From: Protoeuglena noctilucae
Lineage: Eukaryota
Direction of reading: 5' to 3'
Length of the DNA stretch: 36,563 bases
NCBI GenBank assembly: GCA_958009085.1
Contig: OY253677.1
Span: forward strand, 992,001 to 1,028,563
Below, piece after piece: positions 1-10,303 of the stretch. A program made the position numbers and the translations under genes. The notes beneath the pieces were generated by a model. It was given only the letters and a program-made list of their open reading frames with translations. It made no database searches and had not been told where the DNA came from. Numbering within the stretch: the stretch's first letter is position 1; every line of letters starts with the position of its first letter.

Positions 1-112
1 ATCTCGCCACGGTGGCCTGGCCGACCCGCTTTACCCGCCCCACTACTGGTTCGTGTTCTGCAAAACCTACGAGGCCTGGCCCGTCGCCACGCCATTCCGG
101 CCCCGCACTCAC

Positions 113-456
113 CCGCGCGCTCCGTGCCCTTCTCGCGCAGGACCTGGTAGTCCTGCGCGGACAGGATCTTGGCCCACGTGCTCTCGGGCGTCGACTTGTC
201 CAGCTTCTCCGCCATGGCGCAGACCGAGGTGCGCAGGAAGCGGGGGTATCCTGCAAACGAAGGCCTTATACGCGCGTTCGGAGTAGCACTGCGGGCCTGG
301 ATAGAGCGAAACGGTGCAGACGCATCCGTGGCCACGCCCTGGAAACGGGTGCTCCCGCCCGCGGCATCGGAGCTCGCCGGGCCAGATCCCCTGTGCATCG
401 AGGACAGAAGCTAGCAAGGGAAACGTGGCGATCAGCCAAGGCCGGCAACAGTGCAT
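113..456 (-). CDS. MSRB: Peptide methionine-R-sulfoxide reductase MsrB, 5' part only (continues past the left edge)
   Basis: Exons 456-378 (GC donor) and 250-113 (GT donor) give MHCCRPWLIATFPLLASVLDAQGIWPGYPRFLRTSVCAMAEKLDKSTPESTWAKILSAQDYQVLREKGTERA(G). W..IL...Y.VLR.KGTER is the MsrB/SelR N-terminal signature. Not in the ORF track. The first exon is less certain; an alternative ATG lies at 215. Confidence 0.8.
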
Positions 457-936
457 AAGCGACCCGCACGATTGAAAAGCCGTGTGCCGCGCCCACGACC
501 AGGCTCGAGTCGCCCGTTTCCTCAAGCACCGCTATCATAATGATGTCTGCTATCTGGGCCGCGGATCTCCCGCTCACCGGGGACCTTGGTGGTGCCCAAC
601 ACCGTGCGAGCCAGGGACGGCCTGGCGAACGTGGCCATGGGGCGCCTGTGATGCGATTCCGCTGCTGCCGGACGACCTTGGTGGCACAAGCTCAGTAATA
701 AATGATGGCACCTCGCCGGCTGCGATCATGGCCGGACCGGTCGGACTGACCCTGAGTCCGGGCCGCGGCCGGTGTCGCAGGCGCTGTCGGGGGGTCGCCC
801 TTGGTAGGGAAGAGAAAAACGGACGCGCAGTGTCGCGCAATCTGCCGGAACCGGCCAAGTTAGTGTGCGCGGGCTGGCCCACCTCGCGGCAGCCGAACCT
901 CGCGCTTTCGCGCCTGTCACCTGACGCGTAAGAACC

Positions 937-3900
937 ATGTCGAAGACGGTGAAGATGAAGGGGCTCACGGTGAGGAACCTCGTGGCTCCCCTTGCCACGC
1001 GGATGGGCACGCGCCAGTGCGCCTCGCAAGCGGCCTGGCCCCGCACCTGATGGACGCTGCGAGGCCCCAGCCCGCACCTTACCCTGTCCGTGACGTGGAC
1101 GCTGGGCCTGGTTTCCTGACGCGGGATTCCAGGGCGCGAGTGGGGCGCTTCAAAAGCGCGCAAGCTTTTCTTCCCTCCCGGCGACATCTGCGCCCGGCTC
1201 TTTGCGCGCATCCGCATGAGTTGCTTTGCGACAGCTGGCTCGCGAGTGCAGTCCCTCACAAGCGTCGGTGCAGGGGCGCTAAAGGGTCGGGTCTGCTCTG
1301 CGTGTCCGTCCTTGCCTGCGGAAGCCGCCCGCATTCGGCCCTCGGCGCCTCTCCCGCAGAACTTCATCCAGGAGATTCGGGATTGCACGTCTAAGGAGCA
1401 GGAGGAGGCGCGCGTGGCCAAGGAGCTCGGCAACATCCGGTGAGGGCAGCACTCCTCGCGCGCCGCCTGCGCCCCGGTGCCCGGATCCGCGCCTTGCGCG
1501 CGCTCTTGCAAGAACCGGATGCATTCGTGCCGGACCCGATCGCCCCCGCCCCGCGCGCAGTGCGAAGTTCAAGGCGGAGAAGGGCGTGTCGGCATATGAC
1601 CTCAAGAAGTACACGTGGAAGCTCATGTACATCCACATGCTGGGGTATCCGATCGAATTCGGGCACATGCAGGCGAGCGAGCAGCGGGTCGGCGCGACGC
1701 CGCGGGGGCGGCGACACCGGGCGTGCCTGCGCTGCCCGCGCATGGCTGTGCAGAGACCCGGCGAGGCAAAGCAGTGGCCCCCTGCGTCTCTCATCCCTCT
1801 TCCTCACCTGTGAGACACCTGGCCCACTCCTCTGCTCCCCCAGGCCCTGGAGCTCATGTCCGCCCCCGCGTATGGGGACAAGCAGGTGGGGTACATGGCC
1901 CTGTCGCTGATGCTGGCGGAGGACCACGAGTTCTCCCGGATGTGCATCAACAGCATCAAGAGCGACCTGCTGTCCAACAACGAGGCCTCCATGTGCCTGG
2001 CCCTGGCCTTCGCGGCCAACCTGGGCAGCGCCGAGTACGCCGAGGCACTGGTGAGGAGGGTGGGCTGGGAGTGGGTGTGGGAGAGCAACAGGGTAGACTG
2101 TGACGAGGCACTGGTGATGATGAGGGGGTGGGTGGAAAATTTTACTGGTGCGCTGGTGACCTGGGTCACCTCGCCTGACCCAACTCACTCCCCCACTCCC
2201 TCATGCCTCGCCCCTCCGTGCCCCCAGATGCCGGACCTGGAGCGCATCGCCACGCAGAGCTCCCAGCGGCCCGTCATCCGCAAGAAGGCCGCCCTGACCC
2301 TGGCCAAGTTCGCCCGCCGCGCCCCCGACGCCGTCAACCTCGACCTCTGGAGGCGCGCCCTCCCCGTGGCACTCGAGACCCGGGACCTGGGGATCCTCCT
2401 CACCCTCGCCACGCTCCTGCAGGTGCGGGGAAGGACAGGGAGCTGTCGCTGCCGCAGAGCACGCAGGCTGGTAGCTACGCTGGGAAGGCAGAGAGGGCGG
2501 CTACATGCCAGCGCCACACCACCCCAGAGTGTCACCCGATCGTCATTGCCACCCTTCGCCACCTCGTCGTCACTTGCGTCTCAACTGCCACCCCTTCCTC
2601 GTTCCCCCAGGTCATCTTGGAGCACCACGGCCCCTCGGGCTTTGAGCCGTGCGCCGCCCGCCTCCTCGACACCCTCCGCCGCATGGTGGTGCGCCCGGAG
2701 GAGGACAACGCCCCGGGGGTCGCCGTCACCCGCGACTACACCTACTACGGCATCCCGTCCCCCTGGCTCCAGGTCAAGTGCCTCCGGTGCCTGCAGTACT
2801 TCGACCTCACCACCAGCATCGACCTGGGCTCCCTCTCCCAGCTACTCCACCAGCTCCTCGGAGCGTCCGCATCCAAGTGAGACGGGACAGCGGAACAAGT
2901 AGGCTATTACGACTTGACAGCATAGATGCAAAAGCAATTGCACCTATCATGGACAGTATCTACCAGTACCTCATCGCCCCTCCCACCCCACTCTTTCTCC
3001 TCACAACATCCCCCCCCTCCCCCCCAGCACCTCCACGTGGCCCCCCGGCAAGGTCAACGCCCTCTTCGCGGTGCTCCTGGAGGCGGCCTCCCTGGCAGTG
3101 CTGGCGGAGGCGGGGGGCGGCCCCCTGTCCCTGGCCACGTCGTCGATGCTGGGGCGCATGGTGGAGGGCAGCGACGCCAACCTCAAGTACCTGGGGCTGG
3201 AGTACCTGGGCAAGATGGCCAGCATACCGGGGATGCAGGCCGCGCTGGCCGGCATGGAGGTGAGTCTAAATCAGCATGCGGTGATATGGGCCATGCTCTG
3301 GTCTAGGTAGCCAGCGAAGCTACTGGACGCCATCGTTTCCCGCTCGCCACCCCCACCCTCACTCTCACCATCACCCTCACCCCTCACCCTCATTGCCACC
3401 CTCAATGCCACCCCCACCCCCACCCTCACCCTCACCCTCACCCTCACCATCACCCTCACCCCCGCCCTTCCCCCCCCCCAGTCCTTCCTCCTCGGCTCTT
3501 TGGCTGACGAGGACACCTCCATCCGCCGCCGCGTGGTGGACCTCCTCTTCCTCGTCTGCACCGACCGCAACGCCAACGCCGTGGTCAAGGAGCTCCTGGC
3601 CTTCCTTGGGCACGCGGAGGTGGCGGTGAAGGAGGACGTGGCCCTCAAGGCAGCGGTACTGGCGGAGAAGTTCGCGCCGGACAACAAGTGGTACGTGGAC
3701 ACCCTCCTCACGCTGCTCAGGTGAGGGCATGGCAGTGGTAGGTGGAGACCCTCCTCACGCTGCTCAGGTGAGGGCATGGCAGTGGTAGGTGGAGACCCTC
3801 CTCACGCTGCTCAGGTGAGGGCATGGCAGTCAACACCCTCCTCACGCTGCTCAGGTGAGGGGCAGGAGCGGGTGCGGGTGCGTGGCAGTGCGGGTGCAGG

Positions 3901-6441
3901 TGCGGGGGTCGTGCATGGGCAGGACTGAAAATACAAGCACTCTGCGCCACATGATAAACGCTCTACGCATCATCACTGACAATATCCATTAACCACTCTC
4001 CGCCCATCCTCCTCTCCCCAGGGAGGGCGGCGAGTACGTGGGCCCGGACATCTGGCAGCGGGCGGTGCAAGTGGTGACCAACGACGCGGCCCTGCGCCCC
4101 TTCGCGGCCGAGCGCAGCCTGGCTGAGCTGGAGGAGGGCGGGGTGCTGTCGGACTACTTTGTGAGGCTGGCGGGATACCTGCTGGGGGAGTACGCGAGGG
4201 TCACGGCGCTGGAGGCCGAGCGCGTGCGGAGGGTGAGGGAGAGGGGCATGCGGGGAGGGGTGCGGGTGGAGATGGGGATGGGCTGCGACAGTGCGACCGA
4301 CTGCTGTAGCAAGGAGGGATGATGGCAGTGGACCGGTGACCAGTGACCAGTGGCCATGCCGATGCACTGCTATGAGGAACGGCCTAGGTGAAGGGACCCC
4401 TGACATACACAACGTAACCACCCCACACCCCCTGCCCTTCCCCAGGTGCTGATGCAGCGCTTCCACCTGGCCAGCCCCGAGACGCAGGCGGTGCTGCTGT
4501 CGGCCATCACCAAGATCTGCGTCTTCCCAGGCAAGGCTGGCACCTCCCCCGCCACCCAGGCCGAGGTGCGGGGGCTCCTGCAGAGGCTCAGCCACACGGC
4601 GCATCCGGAGCTGCAGCAGAGGGCCGTCGAGTACCTAAAGCTACTGGTGAGGGCGGGGCTGTCAGGGGTGGGGGTAAACTTGCTGAGCCAGCCAGGCTGC
4701 CTTGTAACAGCTCGCTCGCCCTTCAGCCCTTGTGCACGACTGCTGTCCTCCATGTCAAATCTACCTCTCACCCCGCTCCTACCCTTACTCCACCCCGTTC
4801 GTTACCACCCCCAGTCCGACCCCTCTGGCCAGCGTGCCCAGACCGTCCTGGCCACGATGCCCCGCTTCCCACCCCGGGAGTCCTTCCTCCTCCGACGCGT
4901 AGCTGCCAGGGGGGCACCCAGCCCGGCTGACGCCGACGCGGCCGCCCAAGGCGAGCAAAGATGTGAAGTTGACATGAGGGTGCAACATGTAGATGGCACA
5001 TGGTATTTAGCGATTGACAGACACTAGTGATACCAGGCGACGGGGACAGCGCTCACTCCGTCTCTACCCCTCCCTCCCCAGGCCTCTCCGCCCTTTCCGT
5101 GTCCCTCCCCACGCAAGAGGGCGACATGTTAGGCATGGCCCCCTCCACCTCCACCTCCGCCAGCAACGCCCGCCCCGCCCCCTCCGCCCCCGCCGACGGC
5201 ATCGACGCCCGCCTCGGCCCCAGCCAGCCCAGCCAGCCACCCCGCGCCGTCAACAGCCACCCCGCCCTTCCCTCCTCAAACGGCGGACCCCCCTGTGGCC
5301 CCCCGGACGCCCCCGCCGCCTCCGCCCCCTCCCCGGACGGCCTGGTCCGCAACGAGGCGTCCCTGCGCGGGTGGCCCCCCGGCCTGCGCAAGCTCTGCGT
5401 GGGCGACAGCGGGGTGCTCTATGAGGACGCGTGCCTGCAGGTCGGGATGAAGGCGCAGGTCGTGGGGGCGGTGGGGCGGCTCATGCTGTACCTGGGGAAC
5501 AAGTCGGGGGTGGCGCTGGTGAGGGGGCGTGGGGGCTGTGTCGATGGCCGGACAGGCCACGCACGGAGGGTCGCTTTTCTTTGGCACAGTCGCTTTCCTC
5601 AGGCACAGCGTAGCGTGCTCGCGGACCCTTCACTGCCTCCACGCCCATCCCTCCTGCCGTGTCATCGCCTCTCCTCCCGCACACCTCAGCTGTCCATCCA
5701 CCACATGCCCCTCCCACCCCCGCAGACCCAGCTGTCCGTGTCCATCCACCCCGTCCCGCCCGGCTACCGCGCCCAGCTCCTCGACCAGGCCCCCCCGGCC
5801 CTCAGCCCCGGCCAGCAGCTGCCACTCAAGGCCGCCGTGGCCGCGCGGGCGCCCTCCCTGCCCCTCCCCACCCTCCGCATCGCATTCCTCGGACCCCAGG
5901 GACCCGTCCAGTGCGCCGTGCCACGTGAGCCCCGCGCTCTCTGCAAGCCAGGCCTGCCCCACCCCGCGATCTCCCACGCCCCACCCCCTGCAGTCCCTCA
6001 CCCGCGCCCCTCATGTTACTGCCCCTCATGTTACTCCCCCTCTCCCCCGCAGTCCCCGCCGTGCCCCCCCGCTTCGCCCAGCCCGCCCCCGGTCTCTCCC
6101 GCGAGGCCTTCTTCGCTGCGTGGCGCGCCTTCCCCCACCGCGCCCAGCGCTCCGGCCAGGCCGCCGCGCCCCTCCCCCCCGACCGCGTCAACGCCGCCCT
6201 GTCCCTGGCCCGCCTGCACCCGACGCCCCTCATCGACCCCAGCCCCGACAATGCCGTGGGGGCCGCCACGCTGCCCTTCGAGGCCGCGGGGGAGGTGCGC
6301 GTGCTGGCGAGGGTCGAGGTGGAGCCGGGCGCCCGGCAGCGGTTCCGCGTCACGGTGGCCGCGGGGGGCGGCGCGGGGGTGGACGGGGCTCCCGTGGCGG
6401 AGTGGACGGCCGCGGTGGTGGCGGGGGTGCTGGAGGGGTAG
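937..6441 (+). CDS. AP2A: AP-2 adaptor complex alpha subunit (alpha-adaptin), 14 exons
   Basis: Exons 937-969, 1360-1439, 1561-1672, 1844-2050, 2228-2422, 2611-2876, 3028-3259, 3482-3720, 4022-4232, 4446-4646, 4815-4950, 5082-5518, 5726-5924, 6053-6441 join in frame. Motifs MKGLTNFIQEIR, KELGNIRAKF, KKYTWKLMYIHMLGY..EFGH, KQVGY, YTYYGIPSPWLQVK, DTSIRRRVVDLLF, ELQQRAVEY, and ear domain GVLYED..LQVG.K. Confidence 0.95.
3347..3463. repeat. Degenerate (CACCCT)n hexamer microsatellite in AP2A intron 7
   Basis: Directly visible run caccctcaccctcaccctc... with variants caccat, cactct and cacccc. Confidence 0.9.
3687..3861 (+). repeat. 47-bp tandem repeat (3 full copies plus 1 shortened) spanning the AP2A exon 8/intron 8 junction
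   Basis: Unit agtggtaSgtggaSaccctcctcacgctgctcagGTGAGGgcatggc. Donor copies at 3721, 3768, 3815 and 3855. Confidence 0.95.
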
Positions 6442-6590
6442 GGTAGGGGCGCGAGATGGGGATGATAGGATCGCGCTGTGTTCGCGAGTCGCTCTTCAAT
6501 GACACAAGGGATGGCGGGTGGTGCACGCGTGGTAGAAAAGGAAAAGCGCACGACGCGCAGTGGCCGTCGGTGCAAGCGTGCTATAGAAAA

Positions 6591-7140
6591 TCACTCCGCC
6601 CGTCCCAGCACGAGGTCCCGCGTGGCCTCTATGACTGCCATGGCCTCGTCCACCACCTCGGACGGCATTTGCGGGACTGCAGACAGCGCCTTCCGCAGGT
6701 GCCCCGCCATGGTGTCGAACTGTGCGTCCCCGAAGAGCTGGGACGCTTGCAGCGACTGCGGGCGATGCACGAGGGTATAGCCAGCTGGCACAGAGGGCAC
6801 AGAGGGCCGCAAGCAAAGCGAAGTTGAGCCGTGCACGCACCTTGTGAGCCGGCCCAAGGCTTCGCCCTGCGGTGCGCACGGGTGCACCGAACACGAGCGA
6901 GAGGAAGCCGACCTCCTCGGCCCGCAGCTGCTGCAAGTTGGGGCAGCGGCTCAAAAGGGCCGCGAGGGACTTGTCGCCCTGCAGCCGGGTGAAGTAGCGG
7001 TCCACCAGCGACGCGATGGCCTCGTCACCCTGCGAACACGGACGGCAGTGCGGTTACATGATGTGCACCTTTGGCTTCTGCGAAGAATGGCGAAAGAGGT
7101 TCACCTTTCCCGGTCCTCCCAACCGGTCGTAAAGGGTCAT
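6591..7140 (-). CDS. Group I truncated (2/2) haemoglobin, 129 aa, 3 exons
   Basis: Exons 7140-7105, 7029-6841, 6755-6591 give MTLYDRLGGPGKGDEAIASLVDRYFTRLQGDKSL...GFLSLVFGAP..TAGRSLGPAHKSL...FDTMAGHLRKAL...ATRDLVLG. LYDRLGG, GR.L..AH (proximal His F8) and FD..AGHL are trHbN hallmarks. Confidence 0.9.
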
Positions 7141-7611
7141 GGCATGCACCGTCGCTATTCCATTCGCACGCTGTCGTTTTCGTGGCTGTGCAGGTAGACG
7201 GAGCGGGGCAGATAGCAGCTCTCCGCAGCAATTTCCTGGCTCGGAAACTCGTGCATGTCAGGGGGGGAGCCAGAGCATGTGTTCGCACGCGCACGTCTCT
7301 TGTCCCCCGTATTGCTGATTCACCCGTTTGGCGTTGGAGAGGGAGGTCGTCTGAGATTGCTCGTGCCCAGGTGAGCAACTGCCGCCCCCATCCTCCGCAG
7401 TCGCGCGAAAAGTTGGGCGGAGATTCACACGAGCATTCTGCTGACCACAAGCATCGCGCCAGTCGCTCAGGAGCTGCGGTGGGGCAGAACTGAGGTCGTT
7501 GGCCCCACGTCTGCGCTGCATGCAGGCGTTAAAGGCCACGAGAGAGAGCGGGGCGCGTGGGCACGAGTCGCATTCCTCAAACGCGAGGTGGTCGCAGACC
7601 TGGCGGGGATC

Positions 7612-8311
7612 ATGGCGTACAACTTGTACCAGGTTCAGCTGGCCAAGGCCTGGGCCCAGGTCAGCAGGCCCGTGCGGCGTGGCCACGCCATCCGTCGCGC
7701 TGTCCCCTGCTACGCCTTGCTTGCGGCAGTACCGCGGACGCCCTCCGCGCGCGTCAGGCCACGGAGCGAAACCACTTCCTGAGCCTTCCTCGGCCTGCGT
7801 CGCCCTCCGCAGCGCGTGGACAAAGAGAACGCCATTGCCGAGAAGTTTTGGCTTCAACGCGCGCTGGAGAGTGGGCTGGCCAAGGAAGACGACGCGGCGA
7901 GCGAGGTACGGACCGGCACATGCGGCGCGAGCCTGCGCGCGGCGGGAGTCTACCGCGACAACCCTGGTCCTCCCCTCTGTGGAATTTCAGGTGTCGAACG
8001 CATCGAACCGTACGGGGAGCACGGCGTTCACTGGATTCACATCCAAGACGTCCTATCTCAAGACGAAGCTGACGGCTCTGGAGGAGCTCCTGCTCCAGGT
8101 GCGTCAACGCCGTCATCTTCGCGCGTGTGTCCTTCGTCGGCTGGCCTGCCCGACGCCGACCGCCTCCAGGGATGCGTGCAAGTGACCGTTGGATCCCCGC
8201 GCGATGTCCGCGCAGGAGAAGGTGAAGAGGGAGCAGCTGGAATCGGAGCTGAAGAAACTGAAGGACGCAGGGACGCCGGCGACGGGCAACGCCACCCAGG
8301 CCGCTTCCTGA
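7612..8311 (+). CDS. Small hypothetical protein (114 aa) with C-terminal coiled coil, 4 exons
   Basis: Exons 7612-7659, 7813-7905, 7991-8098, 8216-8311, all phase-0 GT-AG joins: MAYNLYQVQLAKAWAQRVDKENAIAEKFWLQRAL...YLKTKLTALEELLLQEKVKREQLESELKKL. Family not recognised. Confidence 0.75.
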
Positions 8312-8625
8312 GAAGCGCAAGGAGGGCCACGAGTAGAGGCAGCGCTTGTATGCATGTAGGCGTCCACGTGTTTTTTATAAGAGACGCGACGAACACCAGT
8401 TTCTTCCCCTTTGTGCTTGAAATAGGTCACATTGATGGTTGGAACGTGATGTCCATGGCTCCGGCAGCCGAATCAGGACGACGGTGCAGGTGCAACACGC
8501 AAGTGTGTCGTGAGACTGACCCAAACGCAATCAAGTATTGTCTCAGGGCATGTAGACTCTTAGGAAGCGTCACTTCTCGCTCAGCGAACCCATGGGGACG
8601 AGTCTCGTAGCCTGTGCTGAGCAAT

Positions 8626-10119
8626 ATGGCCACCGGGGACACGGCCGTGGCTCAACCGACCCACCCCTCGCCGCAAGATGTGAATGAGGATGATGAGCCG
8701 TGGGAAAGCGACGGGCGAGTTGCAAGGCTCACCCGTCACGCCCGTCATGGGCGTGGCTGGCTGGCCTTTCGTTTGTCGTTGCTGAAGGGGCCCCCCTTCC
8801 ATGGTCCCGGCGCGTCGCCAAACCCTGCATTTCGGTAGCTTGCTCGATCTTTGCGATTTCTGCCATCCGCAGGGAAGAGCGCGCGCGGAGGAATCGGAGG
8901 CGCGTGGAGGAGCTGCGCGAGGGTGCTGCGCCCGTCTGCGGCGTCTGTGGGGAGCGCCCGAGCCGTTACTGCTGTCCGGGCTGTACACAGCGCTTCTGTG
9001 GGTTGGATTGCTCGAGGCAACACAAGAAGGACGCCGGATGCAGGTGCGGCGCGTCCGCCGCTTGCCACAGTTGCCACGAGCAGTTATGGCCGCTCGACAC
9101 GGCCCCTCGCTGCCCTTTCACGCCCTCAGTGGCAAGAGGGATCGCACGGCGTTCGTGTCGCTGCCGGAGATGGACTCCCGGCACTTGCACTCGGACTACC
9201 AGCTGCTGGAGGAGACGGCGCGGGCCGCGGACAACGCCAAGCGGCAAAGGCCCGCGGGACCCGACCAGGTCCTTCCACGGGTGTGTTTCCAGCGCAACAC
9301 TTGCCCCTGCCGTCTGCCTCGCTCATCCAGGTCCTGCCCCAGCTGCTGTGCTGCCTGTCTACAGTGCACCCTTCCGCCACCCTTGTGCCCCAGGCCCGGT
9401 CGCTCCTTCGGCAGCACGCAGCGGGTCGCGGCATCGAGGTCCTCTTCCAGGCCCCGGGCATGGAGCGGTCGCGAGCCAACTCCTCGCGCGTTGTGGGGGG
9501 CGCTGCGGAGTGGACCGTGCAGTGGGCCTTCCTGGGGGCGCCGTTGCGGCTGCTGACGAAGAGGGCGCACGAGAAGCGTGAGGTCGGGAAGCTGCTCCGA
9601 CAAGTCTTGGTGAGGGGAGGACGGTGCTGTGTGTGGAACTGTCGTGCTTGATGCACAGCAGGGTTACAAATCCGTAAGACTGCCTGTGCACCACCCTGTG
9701 CGCCCTGCTGCCGTGGCCCATGCCCGTCAGTTGAATGCCTTCTCCGCGTCGCTGTCCTGCAGGACACGAGCAAGCCTGGGGCGGCGCAGATGGCCCACGA
9801 GCTGAGGCAGTATGTGGACGCGCTGGCAGAGGCGGCGGAGGGAGTGGGGTGCCTGAAACTACTCATGCGCGCCGAGCGGCGACCTGCCAATCAGCCGGGG
9901 TACTACGCGGTGGACCCCGAGGCGGCGCTGGGGGACGTGCTGAGTGGCAAGGTGGTCGTGGAGTTCCCCACCATCGTCGTGGGACTCCCGGGGGAGGCAG
10001 AGGGTTTGCCGATGATCGCGCAGGGGGGCATGGAGCTCAAGGTGTATGAGGATACGAAGGGTGACAGCGACACGGACGCCCAGCGTGCTGCACTGGACGG
10101 CGGCGCCTTACCTGCATAG
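8626..10119 (+). CDS. ZNHIT6: Box C/D snoRNP assembly zf-HIT protein (BCD1/ZNHIT6-like), 5 exons
   Basis: Exons 8626-8714 (GC donor), 8873-9043, 9130-9280, 9394-9609, 9763-10119. zf-HIT CGVC..RYCCPGC..FCGLDCSRQHK..GCSGKRDRTAFV, LHSDYQLLEE, GMERSRANSS, WTVQW, L.DVLSGKVVVEFPTI.V. Confidence 0.9.
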
Positions 10120-10303
10120 CTTGGGGCCCATCACGCGCGTGTAGTCAGTCGCTGAATCCCTGATGCCGGCGACTCGTAACGGAGATCGATTAAGCACGTG
10201 GAAAATTTGCCTTAGCTTTGGATTTCGTGCAAGGGCGAGCGTGTGGCCTAGGAGCCAAAGAAAGGGTTCACATCATCGATTAGCTGAAACTTGCCTTTGA
10301 CAG

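Noticed and set aside
12..458. Plus-strand ORFs 12-458, 53-286 and 169-414
   Set aside because: Antisense to the MsrB exons, which carry the recognisable motif.
3347..3463. Interstitial telomere
   Set aside because: The unit is TGAGGG on the minus strand, not TTAGGG/TTTAGGG, and it is short, degenerate and intronic.
3687..3861. CRISPR-like array
   Set aside because: No unique spacers; units are head-to-tail copies of an exon/intron junction in a eukaryotic gene, and no cas genes are present.
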